This document shows positions 39,591-52,139 of a stretch of DNA of 64,000 bases, piece by piece (within the stretch, counting starts at the first letter, position 1; each line of letters begins with the position of its first letter). The translations under genes were made by a program, and so were the position numbers. Origin of the DNA: Diadema antillarum (Eukaryota). The stretch lies in assembly GCF_040938485.1 (NCBI RefSeq), contig NW_027272283.1:124001-188000 (forward strand). Reading direction: 5' to 3'. The notes under the pieces were generated by a model, which made no database searches, was not told where the DNA came from, and worked only from the letters and a program-made list of their open reading frames with translations.

Positions 39591-40008
39591 TGCAGAGTTT
39601 GGCTTCGGTCTACCTCACATGAAATTTACAAATTCACCATTTCCTGTAGTTCTTCATCATTATTTGATCCACATACATACATACACAAGCACACACACTC
39701 ACGCACACAGTTTTGATCATATGTCTCAATATAGAAATTCGTTTTGTATCATTGCCAACTCCTTCGCCAGGATAATTCATTATCCCACCCTGTAAAAGTG
39801 TTGAACTTCAGCGTGTTTGCATTCTGACACATTATCTCTCCCTTCAATTGAATCCAATCACCTTTTAGTTCTGTAATTTGCAAGCTCCATTCAATGTTCA
39901 AACAGAGCCTTACAAACACTACGCACACATACACATACCACAACCATGACAGCCGCAATATACCTTGTAAGTAATTTCTGGTCTTCATTCACCACTTCAC
40001 TTTAGTTA

Positions 40009-40140
40009 GTTCGAAGGTTCGTTATTCCGAAGGTTTGTTATTCCAAAGGTTCGTTGTGAAGGTTCGTAATTCCGAAGGTACATTAAATACGCTCCTTCTT
40101 TTCATTTTCGGATTAACAAGCCTTCGGAATGACGAACATA
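40009..40140. mobile_element. Fragment of the same 15-bp-subrepeat MITE family as 25632-25914
   Basis: GAAGGTTCGTTATTCCGAAGG repeats followed by inverted CCTTCGGAATGACGAAC. Confidence 0.6.
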
Positions 40141-41213
40141 ACCCCATGATAACTACTGTATGACACTGCTTACACCAAACAGCAATACTTCCGACTTTGA
40201 ATTTTTACAGGGGAAAGATTAGATTTTATTGTACCACTTTAGTAACATTTCAGATATTTCACAGACACGCTCAGGATGAATGGCGATGAAATTTTTCGAA
40301 CATTTTTTGCTGGTTACATTGATAACGGTTACTATGTGTGTGAGTGTTTAAATGTCAAAATCAAACTACGCTGACTATTGAAAATATCATACGCAGAATA
40401 CAAAACTGATCCCTTCAGTAAAGTCATATGTACAAGTGTCTAGCTCTTCTAATGCCGCAGTTATGCTTACGTTGTAGCAGAAAGGTAACTAACGATATTC
40501 GTCATTGCAAGAAAGGGTATAAATATAGATACTAGCATGTTTATATTGAAAAAAAAACAGCAAAGAAATCGTCCATACACCTAACTTATTTTTTCAGGAA
40601 TAGTTAACATTTCTGTATCATAATATGACATAACAGATAGATAGATATGATTTGCAACGAATCTGGCAAATTAAAATCCCCATTTCACCTTAATATTCAT
40701 TTGTATGACACGTATACATCCATTTGTCTTCTTGCTGAATTTTTAATCAAAGAATACTCCCTGCAGATTATTGAATAAACAACAAAGTACTATTTCAAGC
40801 TGAACTATACAAACAGTGACTTGAACACTCTTTGATATTTTTCACATGATTTTAAGAGTTGTGTCTCACTCGCGTGTCATAATTACTTTATTAATTCCTA
40901 TTCACTTCACATTCCACGTCGAAGAGTTAAATAGAGAGAGAGAAAGAGAGAGGGGGAGGTACAGACAGACAGATAGACCGAGAGAATGAGAAATCTCAAA
41001 ATTTAATTTTCGTGATGAACACATATTAAATGTTGATATGGAAATTCAGCAATTATGAAGAGTAATCGGGCTACGAGCAAAAATCCCGATACTAATATTT
41101 TACAAAGATTTGACGAATGTCTTCAAGCGATGACTACATGTCATCGTGATGAACGACGAATTTGTCGCCATAATACATCGTGACGAAATAATCAAGGAAT
41201 TCGATGTGGCGCA

Positions 41214-43313
41214 CTAAAATGGACCGCCATTTCCTTCTCCAGAGCCAACACTGCCATCGCATTCAACCTGTCTGCGGAACCTGCCTAGTCTTGCGTTCAG
41301 GGGGAGGCCGTCTGCCTTTTGGATTTCGTTGTCCGCTCCGCGAAGGAGCGTTGGGGCACGGTGTCGCTGCGCCTGGCCTTGGAACCAAAATAGAAAAAAA
41401 AAAAAAAAAACGTTAAAATTCGACATTACCGATGATCTCAGAAGTTATAATGGCGGAAGTAATCCATGTCATTGAGTGGAATATACGGGTAGCAATGGAA
41501 CAGGGAACATTCGTGAGATAATCCCCATATAAACGTATCCAGAACCTGATTGAATGTTTGCATAATGGAACGATTAAAAAAAAATCATGGTACCCGTAGT
41601 TGTGAAATCAATCGCAACCTAAAATCGAACAAGAAGTTTCTTCTCCCTGTCCCTTTCTACTAAATATTCCAAGGTCAATAGGCCCTACTACAATCAGATT
41701 GATGAGAACGACAGTATTTGGAGGACGGTTAGTTCGTAAGTGCGGTGATTACTTCATTGAGATGAGATGAGACTCATTACTCCGAAATGAGAAGAAAGTT
41801 CCAACTAAAGGGTGTGATTTCACGGATTTGCGAAGGACGCGAATGGTAAAATTCAGCATTCGTATTTTAGTCTGCAAAAGATCGCCAAACGAACGTGAGG
41901 GTTCGGAAGCGTTCAATTGTTTACGAATGCCGTTTTTACTTCGGCGAGAATTTCAAAAAAGTTTGAAATTTTTTGCGAACCTTTTCCACACACTTGGTCG
42001 TGATTTGATCGTGAATTGTTCTCGGAAGTGTCTTTAAAGCCTCGTCATATGCGCAAGACCTTCGCGAGACACGCGCGATGTTCGCAAAATGTTCGTTAAA
42101 CCCCAAACAGACTCCGAAACTTGGGAGAATGTCTCGCGTGTGTTACGCTAAATCTGCGAAGTTTTTTCCAATCATTTTACGACGTATTCGCAAACTGTTA
42201 GCGTACCTTTTGAGACATTCTCGCGAACGTTTAGCGCACGTTTGGGGGATGTATTACCTACTATACGTTTTCTACAAATAAAAATCAAACAATTATTAAC
42301 AACTATAGGAACAAAAGAAATTAAAGACTATAAGAGAAAGAAATGTTTGATATACAAAAAAAAATTGCAGAATACACTTAAAATTAATCTTAAGTATGTA
42401 AAATTTCATTTGAACTATAGACATTATGTGTTGGAGGAACTGCAAAAAAAAAAAAAAATCAAATGCTTCACTAGTGGAGATAGGTCCTAGGAAAATAAAT
42501 GTAGGCAAGCACACGATAGAGAAATGAGAGAAAAAGAAAGGAGAAATAGAGGAAAGAAAAAAAAAATCTACTCAAGACAGCTTCCACCTCTCCTTGGGTA
42601 CATTTTCTCCCACGATTATTGAAAATTTTTCGATGTTCGCATTTCCGTCGCGTGTTCTTCGTGTACGTAACATGGTGTACTTTAGCAATGATACACACGA
42701 CATTCGCACATACGTCGTGGAAACTTCGCACAAATTGCGCAAGAATAGTTTTCAGTTTCATTGTCGGAACATTCGGAGAAAAACTTTTCCGAATGTTGGA
42801 TTTTGTCATTCGCGTCCTTCGCAAATCGATCGCGTGCTCCGTGAAATCCCACCCTAACGAACCTTCGAAGTTACGAAGCTTATTTCATTTTCAGATAAAT
42901 GGACCCTCGGAATACATTGTGTGGCAAAGCAATGAAAATGACATCTCTACAAAGTACAGTAAAGGATTAGAATAAATGATATCATTTGTCAGAAACATAA
43001 GGACAACAATTGATCACTCTCGATTTTTTTTTAGTGATAAACTTGTCACGATCAAGACCCACACTCAACTTTTTTTATACAAGCAGTATTAAATTGCAGG
43101 ACTGGTGTATTGCCTATTGGTGGACTGTCTTTAAAATTTTCACAATGTAATATAGATGATACTTTGCAATTTGAACACCAATAAACATGGTTTCAATTAA
43201 TGACAAAGTATGGGGAAAATAGTCATACCAGAACATAAAAAAGTTGGAGACTGTTCCATTAGTGAAGAGAGAATGAAAAAAGGTAAGATGAATTTGTATG
43301 TGTTGTTGACCAT
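41214..43313 (-). CDS. Secreted precursor B, 82 aa; join(minus 43313..43229, 41377..41214)
   Basis: Exon 2 is a GC-rich island after a long poly-T/CCAAG acceptor (GQAQRHRAPTLLRGADNEIQKADGLPLNARLGRFRRQVECDGSVGSGEGNGGPF*). The best upstream partner is MVNNTYKFILPFFILSSLMEQSPTFLCSG (Kozak GCCATGG, phase-1 GTATGA donor); 85+164=249 nt in frame. The pairing is less certain than exon 2 itself. Confidence 0.6.
41809..42855. mobile_element. Harbinger-like MITE (~1.05 kb) in the intron of precursor B
   Basis: Inverted termini AGGGTGTGATTTCACGGA / TCCGTGAAATCCCACCCT and subterminal TTTGCGAAGGACGCGAATG / CATTCGCGTCCTTCGCAAA; GCGAA-rich subrepeats; TAA-like flanks. Confidence 0.65.
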
Positions 43314-44859
43314 GGCCTCCTCCTTTTGATTAGATGCAGAATTTCAGTTAACTAAGTTTGCACTCATTCGGGTTCTTTTTTGTTACTAAAACAAGTTCTA
43401 AAATAAAAAAACAGGTTTATTCATATTTTCAGGAGTGAAGTGACTCTTTAATCCATATCTTCAAGAGTACATTTATTCTTTGAAATAATCTTTATGGTGT
43501 CTTACATACTACCCATATATCCGAAATGATTTTTTTTTTTTTTTTTTTTTTTTGGTTAGGTTCCTTTATTTGTCACGCTGCAAGATACAGTTACATTTCA
43601 CATCGAGGACATTGCAACGCTACACCAGAGCCAGGGATTACAACATCTAATACCCTGCAGAAGAATTTTCAGACCCACATCTAGGATCTCTAATGGTGCT
43701 ATTTCAACAAAAGCTTGTTTGATTACCAACAGGAGATCATCTTAGACACAAGGGGGAAAAAAAAGAAAAAGAGAGGAGAAGAACGTTGGAGAGTGTGATC
43801 GGATACAGCAGTATACTTACCCGATAAGTAAGAAACTACTGGTTAAACCAGTCCTATAACTCAGTAAGATGATTTTCCTTCAAATGAAAAATGAAGGGGT
43901 TACAACAAATAATTGTAAGTCTCATTACCTTCATTTATGAGAATGACACCAATGAGTAACCCTAAGAGGAAGATTGTAGACCACTTCGCCATTATCAGAT
44001 GTTCGGACTTCAGAACACAGAGAAACGTATACGTGCAATTTGAAAGATATTAGATATTGAGCAAAGTTATATTGCTTTTATAGGGCAACTAACCCCCTAT
44101 CATTTGGTTTTACAGGGCTTAACGCTCAATTAAGTACCTTGACGATTGCAACAAACCTTAAAAATGTAGTATTGATCTTAAGTCTAACAAAGGACATAGT
44201 CAGACTAAAGGTGCATCTAATTAGCAGGGTGTGAAATCTATACGAAGCAGATGTTCGTCTCCTTACAGCACTTGTTCGTCGCGCGAAATTTGCAGCAAGC
44301 ACCTCGGAAGTATAGTTGTATCGAACGCCTGAATTCGTTTCCTTTTGTCCTTTTCTTTAACCGTTATTGCATTTTCTAATCTTTAAGAGCCATTGATAGG
44401 AAGTTCTATCAGTTAAACTTTGTCCATCATAAGAAATATGTATGACAGGTCACACTACATTTCAATATGTACTATAGATGCTATCATGCTTACTAGGGGG
44501 TGGCGTAGCAGGTACGTGAAAGGATTTACTCGAATGTAATGTTTTATAGTGTTTCGCCAAATTGACATCTATCATAATGCCACTGTCACGTCTGGTTGAG
44601 AACTATTAGGAAGGTATAAGAATAACACACACTTTGTGGTTATCTACATGTCCATTCTTATCCTTTCAAGCGTGTTGACAGAAGGCAAAAAAAACCCTGG
44701 CGAACGCCACATTAGATATAAACTTTGAGATTGTAATGAATCCTACCTTTAAGATTTAGGAGCTATACCACGTGGTCTATTGATACTAGCCAGATGTTTA
44801 TCACGTCAGAAGCAAAATAAGAGAAACAAAGAAAAGTAATGTAAAAGGCGAGAATTAGA

Positions 44860-45045
44860 GGCACGCTAATTAAAGTGTCGCCAAAAAGGTGAAAAACGTT
44901 CGCTCCCACCATTGGCAATAATCCACGTGCTACATGGCGAGTGTGAGACACGCCAACAATCTGCCACAGTCACGGAAGTGGTTAATGATCTGGAAGGCGC
45001 CACTTCGCTGTAACTGGTGTGAAAAGGGCCGAACACCCCCGCCCA
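44860..45045. promoter_or_regulatory. Candidate cis-regulatory module between divergent genes B and C
   Basis: Locally GC-richer patch with TAATTA (44867), reverse CCAAT (44911), CACGTG (44924), CGGAAGTG (44973) and a GC box (45037). Confidence 0.3.
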
Positions 45046-45085
45046 ACGTGTCATTTGAACTTTCTCATGGGATACCTTGATTTTA

Positions 45086-45137
<52 letters not shown>

Positions 45138-45318
45138 GTGTGTAATCTGACACTAAATACCTTACTTCGTAGTATACATGTACCATGCATGCATTTTTAA
45201 AGTTGAAATATTGATCGGGTTTAAAACGGCTGAGATATAAGAAAAACAAAGTAAAACAATGTGTTCCTCCTGATAAAAGGTAGGACCCAGCTTTTGTTAG
45301 AACTTCTTTGGTTTTGTG

Positions 45319-45361
<43 letters not shown>

Positions 45362-45964
45362 TATATAATTTGTAACGGGAATATTCAGGCCGAGCAGATA
45401 AGTATATGCCGATGTGACCATAACCATTGGTGTGCGTGTGCGTGTGTGTGTGAATGGATGTCTGATGGAGCCTGACAGATGTACAGTATGGTTACAGCTG
45501 GACAGTCCGACTGCTATGGTCTAGTTTCACTTGCTATGCTGAGAAATATCGATTTCAACATTGCTAAACTTGAGTTCTGCCAAGTCCAAGGCCGTTGTCC
45601 TTTTGTCAGGTTTAGATAAGATATATTTCACACATTCTGATATGATTTTTCGTGCCAGTCCGTACCAGAAAGTTTCGTAGTCTCATTCTTCCAGCCATTT
45701 GTAACTGTCTTGCAAAAGCCCGTACAAAGCAAGTCCTGGCACGACGTGCGTCATTATACCAGGTAATTTGCACGAACGAGTGCGATGGAGTCTAAGTTTG
45801 AAACTGCTGAAGCAGTTAAGAGGACAACTTAAAGACTGAACTGTTTCAACAGCATTCACAACGGCTTAGTCCACTTCCAAATGTAAACTGTTCTGCAGCC
45901 CTTGTCGTTTCTTTTTCCGACGCTTTGCTGATTGTGCAGGAGTCTGGTCATTTCGCAGTTCACT

Positions 45965-48900
45965 ATGGGCAGACGGGCCGCTAGTCTCGTCTGCCTTCTT
46001 ATGGCGGTAATCTGCGTTCAATACGGTGAGAAGTCTGTGCATTATTCAACCAACTTATATCTCACTGCACTCTTTATGCTATATTATACAGGGTTTGACA
46101 TTGACTTCTTTCTGTGGTGGTCCGTTTGGGACACTAAAATCTATGAATACGAAATGTTGGTGGCCTAAATGAAATGAAAAAAAAAAACATTATATATATA
46201 AAGTATATGTATTATATAAACAAGATCATTCCTTATTTTAATAGCCCAATCGGGCCACCAAAAGAGATTTGGAAGCCAGGCGTGATTTTTAGTGACCTCC
46301 GGATCGGCGAGTCCTCCTGTAATGTATACTAGTGCTCTCGAAAAGTTTGCGAAATCCTACAGCTTAAACACAGCATCTGTAATGAGAAATTTGATATCTC
46401 AGATCAGTCATAGATCAGTTCGTAAGTTCCACTTTGCTCCGAAGTAGAGAAAGACAATTTGTACTGACAGGCATTTTGGTTTGTAAATTCACCGAGATAA
46501 GCATCTGTGTTATGATGATTATTCATGTTAATTGTGTGGCTTTTGAGTGTCATTCGGAACCCTTTAAACATTAGAAGAGTTGGCCACTGTAAGCCCCCTA
46601 AAATTTTATCGCCTTTAACATGTTTTACAAAGAAAAATGTCCGTTGCGTAAAGAGGGGCAATATATTGGATTTTTATTATGCATCCACTTCTTGCATCTG
46701 TAAAACAAATCTACCGACTACTACTGAACGAAAATATACATACAGCCTGTAACAATGTCATACACATTCAAGTGTCACACAGGAAATCAAGTTGAGACCA
46801 TTCCCTTTCTGTCGGGCAAATAATAGTGTTCAACTCCGTTGCACAATTCATATTCTGATTCTTAACTGCCATTGTCATATCCCTTATGATACCTTGCCAA
46901 AGTGTGCACAACATGATAACCATTACGTGTATTATTCTCTACCCCTTCACATCGTTACTCTCACCTAGGAGTGTGTAAAATTGCACCGAACATCAACAAT
47001 CCGCCTCGGATGAATGGCCTCCTCGTTGACGAAAGTCCACACGGGCCCGAGCTGTCCCGAGATCGCAGGGAGTCCGACGACGCCCTAGAAAGTGACCGGG
47101 GAGATGTGCCTCTCTTGAAGAATGCCAACGTTCACCAGGTTTACGAGCGTGCTGTGGATACTGTTGTGAGCAGAATCAGGAAACGCTCCACAGATGAAGC
47201 AGCTGTTGCATTGAAAGAGGCTGCAGATGCAGAAATGGTCTTCAATGAAGAGGAAAACAATGCTGGACCGTTACTTCGAAGAGTGAGGCGGGAACCAATG
47301 AGAAAGAGCAGGAATCGGAATAGGGTGGCGAAGGCGAAGGCGAAGAAGAACAATAAGAAGCGAAAGGGGAAGAAGTCTGGCAAAAAGAAATCTGCAGGAA
47401 AAAAGAAGTCTAACAAGAAATCTAACAAGAAAGCTTCAAAAAAGAAAGCTGCCAAAAAGAAAGCTTCGAAAAAGAAAGCTTCAAAAAAGAAAGCGTCCAA
47501 AAAGAAAGCGTCCAAAAAGAAAAGCTCCAGAAGAAACTCTCGGAAGAAATCGCCGAAGAGGAAACCAAAGCCTAAGCCAGTTATGAAAAAGCCGCCACCT
47601 GTCGTCCAATCAAGTATTGCACCAAGGTTTCGTGGCTTGAAGGGGTTTAGGCCCAAGTTCATTGTGTGCATTCTTGAAGCTTTGCTGGACGACGACGGGA
47701 ACGGCACACTGGCGGAGGTCATGATGAAACATTCGATGATGAATAAGACGATGAACTCCATGATGAATAAGACGATGGACTCCATGATGAACACTACTAT
47801 GAACAATACCATGACTGGCAAGTTATCAATGCATGCACTGCGCAACCTGATTTCTCTGCTCCGTTCGAATTATGGATCAAATAACACCCTACCAAATCTG
47901 AAAGTGCTCTTAAGCGATGAGTCCTCTATGAACTCTTCTATAAACTTTCCCTATTGGTTCACCAAAAAATTCAATGTACCACCCAAGGGGAAGCTTCGCC
48001 ATCAACTTCTGCTCCAACACATTTTCTCGTGGTTCTACGAGGAAGGGGACGATGACGTGGGTGAGCTCCTGAAATTCATGAAACGAAAGTCTCAAGATGT
48101 ATCCTCGATGACCGCCAATATGACAATGATGGATCTGAAGGAGAAAAAGGGGGAAAAGGTATCCGAAGAATGCCCTGATTTGATCTCGGAATTCCTAAGT
48201 GAGATGGACGAAGTGGTGGCCTTTGGTCTCTTTGACTCTTTGCAACGTGGATTAATGGCCCTTTATTCTGGCGACCTTAAGACCCTGCTACACATCTTCT
48301 TTGACGAGTCCGATAAATCCTTGGAGCTTCTGTACTACATGAAACACATGCGCGAAGAAAACGAATGTATGAGTTCATCCATCTTGCTTTCATGCATCTT
48401 CGAAAGTCTGCTTGACGAAGATTTTGCAGAGGATATCATTATGTACCTCGGCCCCTATCTCAGCATGTACCGTATGTACGGCAATGAGACCAATGGGACT
48501 AACGGGAACATGTCCATGATGGGAATGAACGTCTCAATGTCGGAAGAAGTGGAGCGGTGGGTGTATGATGCGATGTCATCAAATTATTCCTCGATGTATT
48601 CCTCCAACATTACGGACTCTGATTTCTGCGAGATGGAGAGAATGGACCCGAAGATGATGCTCGAAAACATGATGAATGAATCGATGATGGATCAGCAGAT
48701 GATGATGGAAATGTTGATGAACCTGTCAATGATGAATGAAATGGACATGGAGAAGACTATCATGAACATGTCAGCAGATATTCCTGTCATGAAAATGATG
48801 AAAAAGATGATGATGTTCAAGAAGAAGATGATGATGGGGAAAAACAGAAAGATGATGAAAGATGACATGGAATGTAGGCCCATGAACAAGATGATGACCA

Positions 48901-49709
48901 CTATGATGAATCATTCCATGATGATGAACAATATGTCAGGAAACCCAATGAAGGCAATGATTGGGATGATGAAGAAGATGATGATGATGAATGACTCAAT
49001 GATGATGAACTCTTCAGGGATGAACAACATGACCGAAGACTCGATGTACATGAAAATGGGAATGATGATGATGATGAAGATGATGAAGATGATGGATGAT
49101 CCGATGAATGATACCATGATGATGGATTCCTCTATGCCTGGGTCCATGAAGAAGCCATTTATGAAGAAGAATCCATTCATGTATCATTCGCTTTTCCACC
49201 ATCTGACCAAAGACTTCAAACATTATCTTGCAAAACTCGTCCACAAATTCATCCGGTACGCAATTCATTTCGCTGAAGAAGACGACTTTGATATGATGAT
49301 CAGTCACTTCGTGGAAGCTACGATGCACGGCATGTCTCTGGAGGACATGCTTGACGAAATGGGCAACTCTTCGATGTCGGAAACGATGATGATGATGAAT
49401 GGCACAGACGAAGGCATGATGAACTCGATGATGAACTCGACGATGAGCGACAACAGCACGATGCTCCACAACTATCTGGAAGGAATCGACATCCTTGACA
49501 AGGTCTGTCCTTCCGTCGTCATGGACTACCTGCCGAAGATGAAACTTCGAAACGTCATGCGACTCGTCCGTAAACTCATGTGGGCTAGCAAGTTCCTTCT
49601 GTGTGGCGACATGGACGGCTGGATGATGGCGATTATGATGAATGAGAGGCCAATGAAGTCGATGATGATGATGGACAACGAGCCAATGGATATCATAGGA
49701 ATGTGGTAA
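45965..49709 (+). CDS. Secreted Lys-block/Met-rich glycoprotein precursor C, 933 aa; join(45965..46025,46969..49709)
   Basis: The signal exon MGRRAASLVCLLMAVICVQY ends in a phase-1 GTGAG donor and joins acceptor CACCTAG at 46968; 61+2741=2802 nt, open to TAA. Furin-type sites RDRR, RIRKR and RRVRR; KKASK repeats; Met-rich blocks; many N-x-S/T sequons. An acceptor at 45938 implies an upstream UTR exon; AATAAA at 50002. Confidence 0.92.
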
Positions 49710-52067
49710 TAGTAAGGTTACTATGTTGTACAAGTGTCATATTGATTTTCGGCTTTTCCTTTGGTTTTCTTTGATAGTTTATCCGATTCTGAGATCTTAG
49801 ACGTTGTACATGTAATTTCTATCACAGTTATCAGTTGAGGGAAACTCTCAGTTTCTATTGTATTCCTAGCAAGACGCTGTTTTTCCGCCTACTTAATTTT
49901 AATTTCAATGTCAATTTATTTTCATATTTCTCGATGAAAAAATACATCAAATATAACAAAACTAAATGAGATACATGACATACATAGAATATTGCAAATA
50001 TAATAAACATAATAGTGGTCGATCTGTTAAGTTTGGAATCTGTGAATGAATGCTAAAGATATATGAAGGAACCTACTTAAAAGCGAGCTTGTTGAGCGTA
50101 GGTCCCTGTTAAAAACGAGTTTAAGATTGAGAAGGGGAGTACAACAATGACCGGAACATAAGAGAAAAACAAAATAAAAAAGTACAATGATACAGTTATA
50201 TAGCAAATTCTTCTCTAGCGCAGGTTAGGGGTCGGAAAAACCACATACTGTAGGCGGATGAACCATTGTCGTTCTGGCAATACAATATGACTTAATATAT
50301 AATAACAATGATACCGTTTAGACAGTATTAGAAATGTTTACCGTTTAGACAGTATTAGAAAATTAATTTCGAAGGCATAGATTACTCTTCGTCATTTTAA
50401 TGTCACCAGAACATGATTTCAGAGATGATTATTAAGATGTATTCTCGCTTCTCGCATTGCAGAGTCAAGATTCTCGCCTTGATATTGAGAGAGCGTTTGA
50501 ATGACATCCTACTTCCTGATTTCTAGATCTTTATATGCTTACAATGTCAAAATGCATCCGAGTGTGAAGATTGTATGCACTGAATCCAATTACTGTTGGT
50601 ATTTCGTTTCACTTAATTACCAAACATAATTATGTTACGTAGCAATGGCTTACCTCTATATATTGACAGTGACTTTATCACTGCAAATTTTTTTTTTTTT
50701 TTTTTTTGTCTGCCTAGCAGAAGGGCTCTACCACGAAATTTCACCCCAAATCAAAATTTTGTTCCTGACATGCGTTGACAGAGTTTTGAAACTCTTCCAT
50801 ATGAAATCATTATTTTTTCGGTGATTTTTGGAGCTGGCAGGCATTGCATTTTACAATGGCATTCGAACTGCATATGTCAAACGATACTTCGATAATCTTT
50901 AACTGTATATGATATGGAATAGCATGTAGCATCATTCCAATACTAAAAATATTGTGAATCTTGCATATCCAGCGTTTGATAGGCGTTTGATAGAACCCTA
51001 CTGAACCATAGGCTATGTTATGCTTGTATTGGGTATTTTGCTGTTGCTGCAATGATTGTATTTACGAGCTCATTCATTCTAGAGTGGCTTGATTCTCTCC
51101 CCATCTTGCCTCTGTATACTTTAACAGATATCTGACGACCATCAATTTTTTTCTCGATATATCCAGTAGTTGAACGTAAGTAGGAATGGTACCTTCAATT
51201 ATAGTTTGAAGTAGAACATATCTTAACGGTTGCTTTAAGACTTATATACTTAAGTATCAAAGTAGCCTATTTCTGTTGTGCACCATCAAAATGGCAAAGC
51301 CTGTGAATGCTACCATTCAATCTTACTAAAATTTCCGAAATTGTTAATACATATGCTTTAAAATTTTAATTCGTCTTCAATGTACTGTTACAAAATATCA
51401 CAAGTAAATGATATTTTTGTGCAGATTCTTTTTTCTTAAACACAAGCGCTTTGTGAGGTTATAAGTAGTGGGGCAATAATCTGTGATATAGTTCTGACAT
51501 GTGTCTACAATCGTTTCGCATTGATTCTTGTCCTACGGCTTGTCTCCTATAGTTTCTCTAACACCTTTCTTCCCGCATGCACATTTATATCATTCATTGA
51601 ATGATACTCACAAAGAAAAAGAAGAAAATTTCATGCACACAACAAAAGTTACACGTGTAACCTAAGGTGAAGGATCTACGAACAGGACTCCGTATTAGGA
51701 TATTTCTGAATTGACTTCGATATATCTAATTAAATCTTTATTGGTGGTTGGTGAGTAAAAATTGTTGCTCTGTGTTATGTGTTACTCTTGACTGTGTCAG
51801 TTATCACTCCAGAGTTTGATTCAAGTAATAATAATAGAGAAGAATAGAGAGGTACAAATCGCAGACGTGTCGATAGGATCTAACTCGTTAGATGCCAAGA
51901 AGACGTGAAGAAAGGCGATGTGAAAAAGAATCAAACCTACATACAACGGCACAAAGCAAAGTACATATTGAGATAGGCCAGAAGAAAAAAGAAATAGTGG
52001 GTAGCTGAGAAGTGTTATTCCTCTTACTGTTCTTAATTTTGTTTAAAAAAAAGCTGGTTGATAAATT

Positions 52068-52139
52068 ATGCCCGCCGGGAATCGAACCCGAGTCCTTTGG
52101 CATGGCACGCCAATGCCTCAATCGCTCGGCCACGGAGAC
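52068..52139 (-). tRNA. tRNA-like element with GCC (Gly) anticodon, probably a pseudo-tRNA or SINE head
   Basis: 72 nt; A box TGGCCGAGCG and B box GGTTCGATTCC; perfect 5-bp anticodon stem TTGGC/GCCAA around GTGCCAT; T stem intact; T8 run ~16 nt downstream. The outer acceptor stem does not pair (GTCTCCG versus CGGGCAT). Confidence 0.55.

Noticed and set aside
38365-39622. His-rich (plus) and Trp/Cys-rich (minus) ORFs up to 238 aa
   Set aside because: Explained by a stop-free 16-bp minisatellite; overlapping ORFs occur in several frames on both strands with no codon-phase constraint.
41378-41472. Alternative nearby first exon for gene B (MTWITSAIITSEIIG) via a ~50-nt intron
   Set aside because: Poor signal peptide (short, internal Glu) and a very small intron; the 43313-43229 exon fits better.
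43742-43877. Minus-strand exon/intron-like signals (GTAAGT donor at 43820, strong acceptor at 43742)
   Set aside because: All frames hit stops across the junction; at most 5' UTR exons of gene B, not supportable as coding.
47141-49733. Antisense ORFs of 234 aa (Phe/Leu-rich) and 239 aa (His-rich)
   Set aside because: Shadow frames of gene C: AAG/AAA codons read as Phe/Leu and ATG reads as CAT (His) on the opposite strand.
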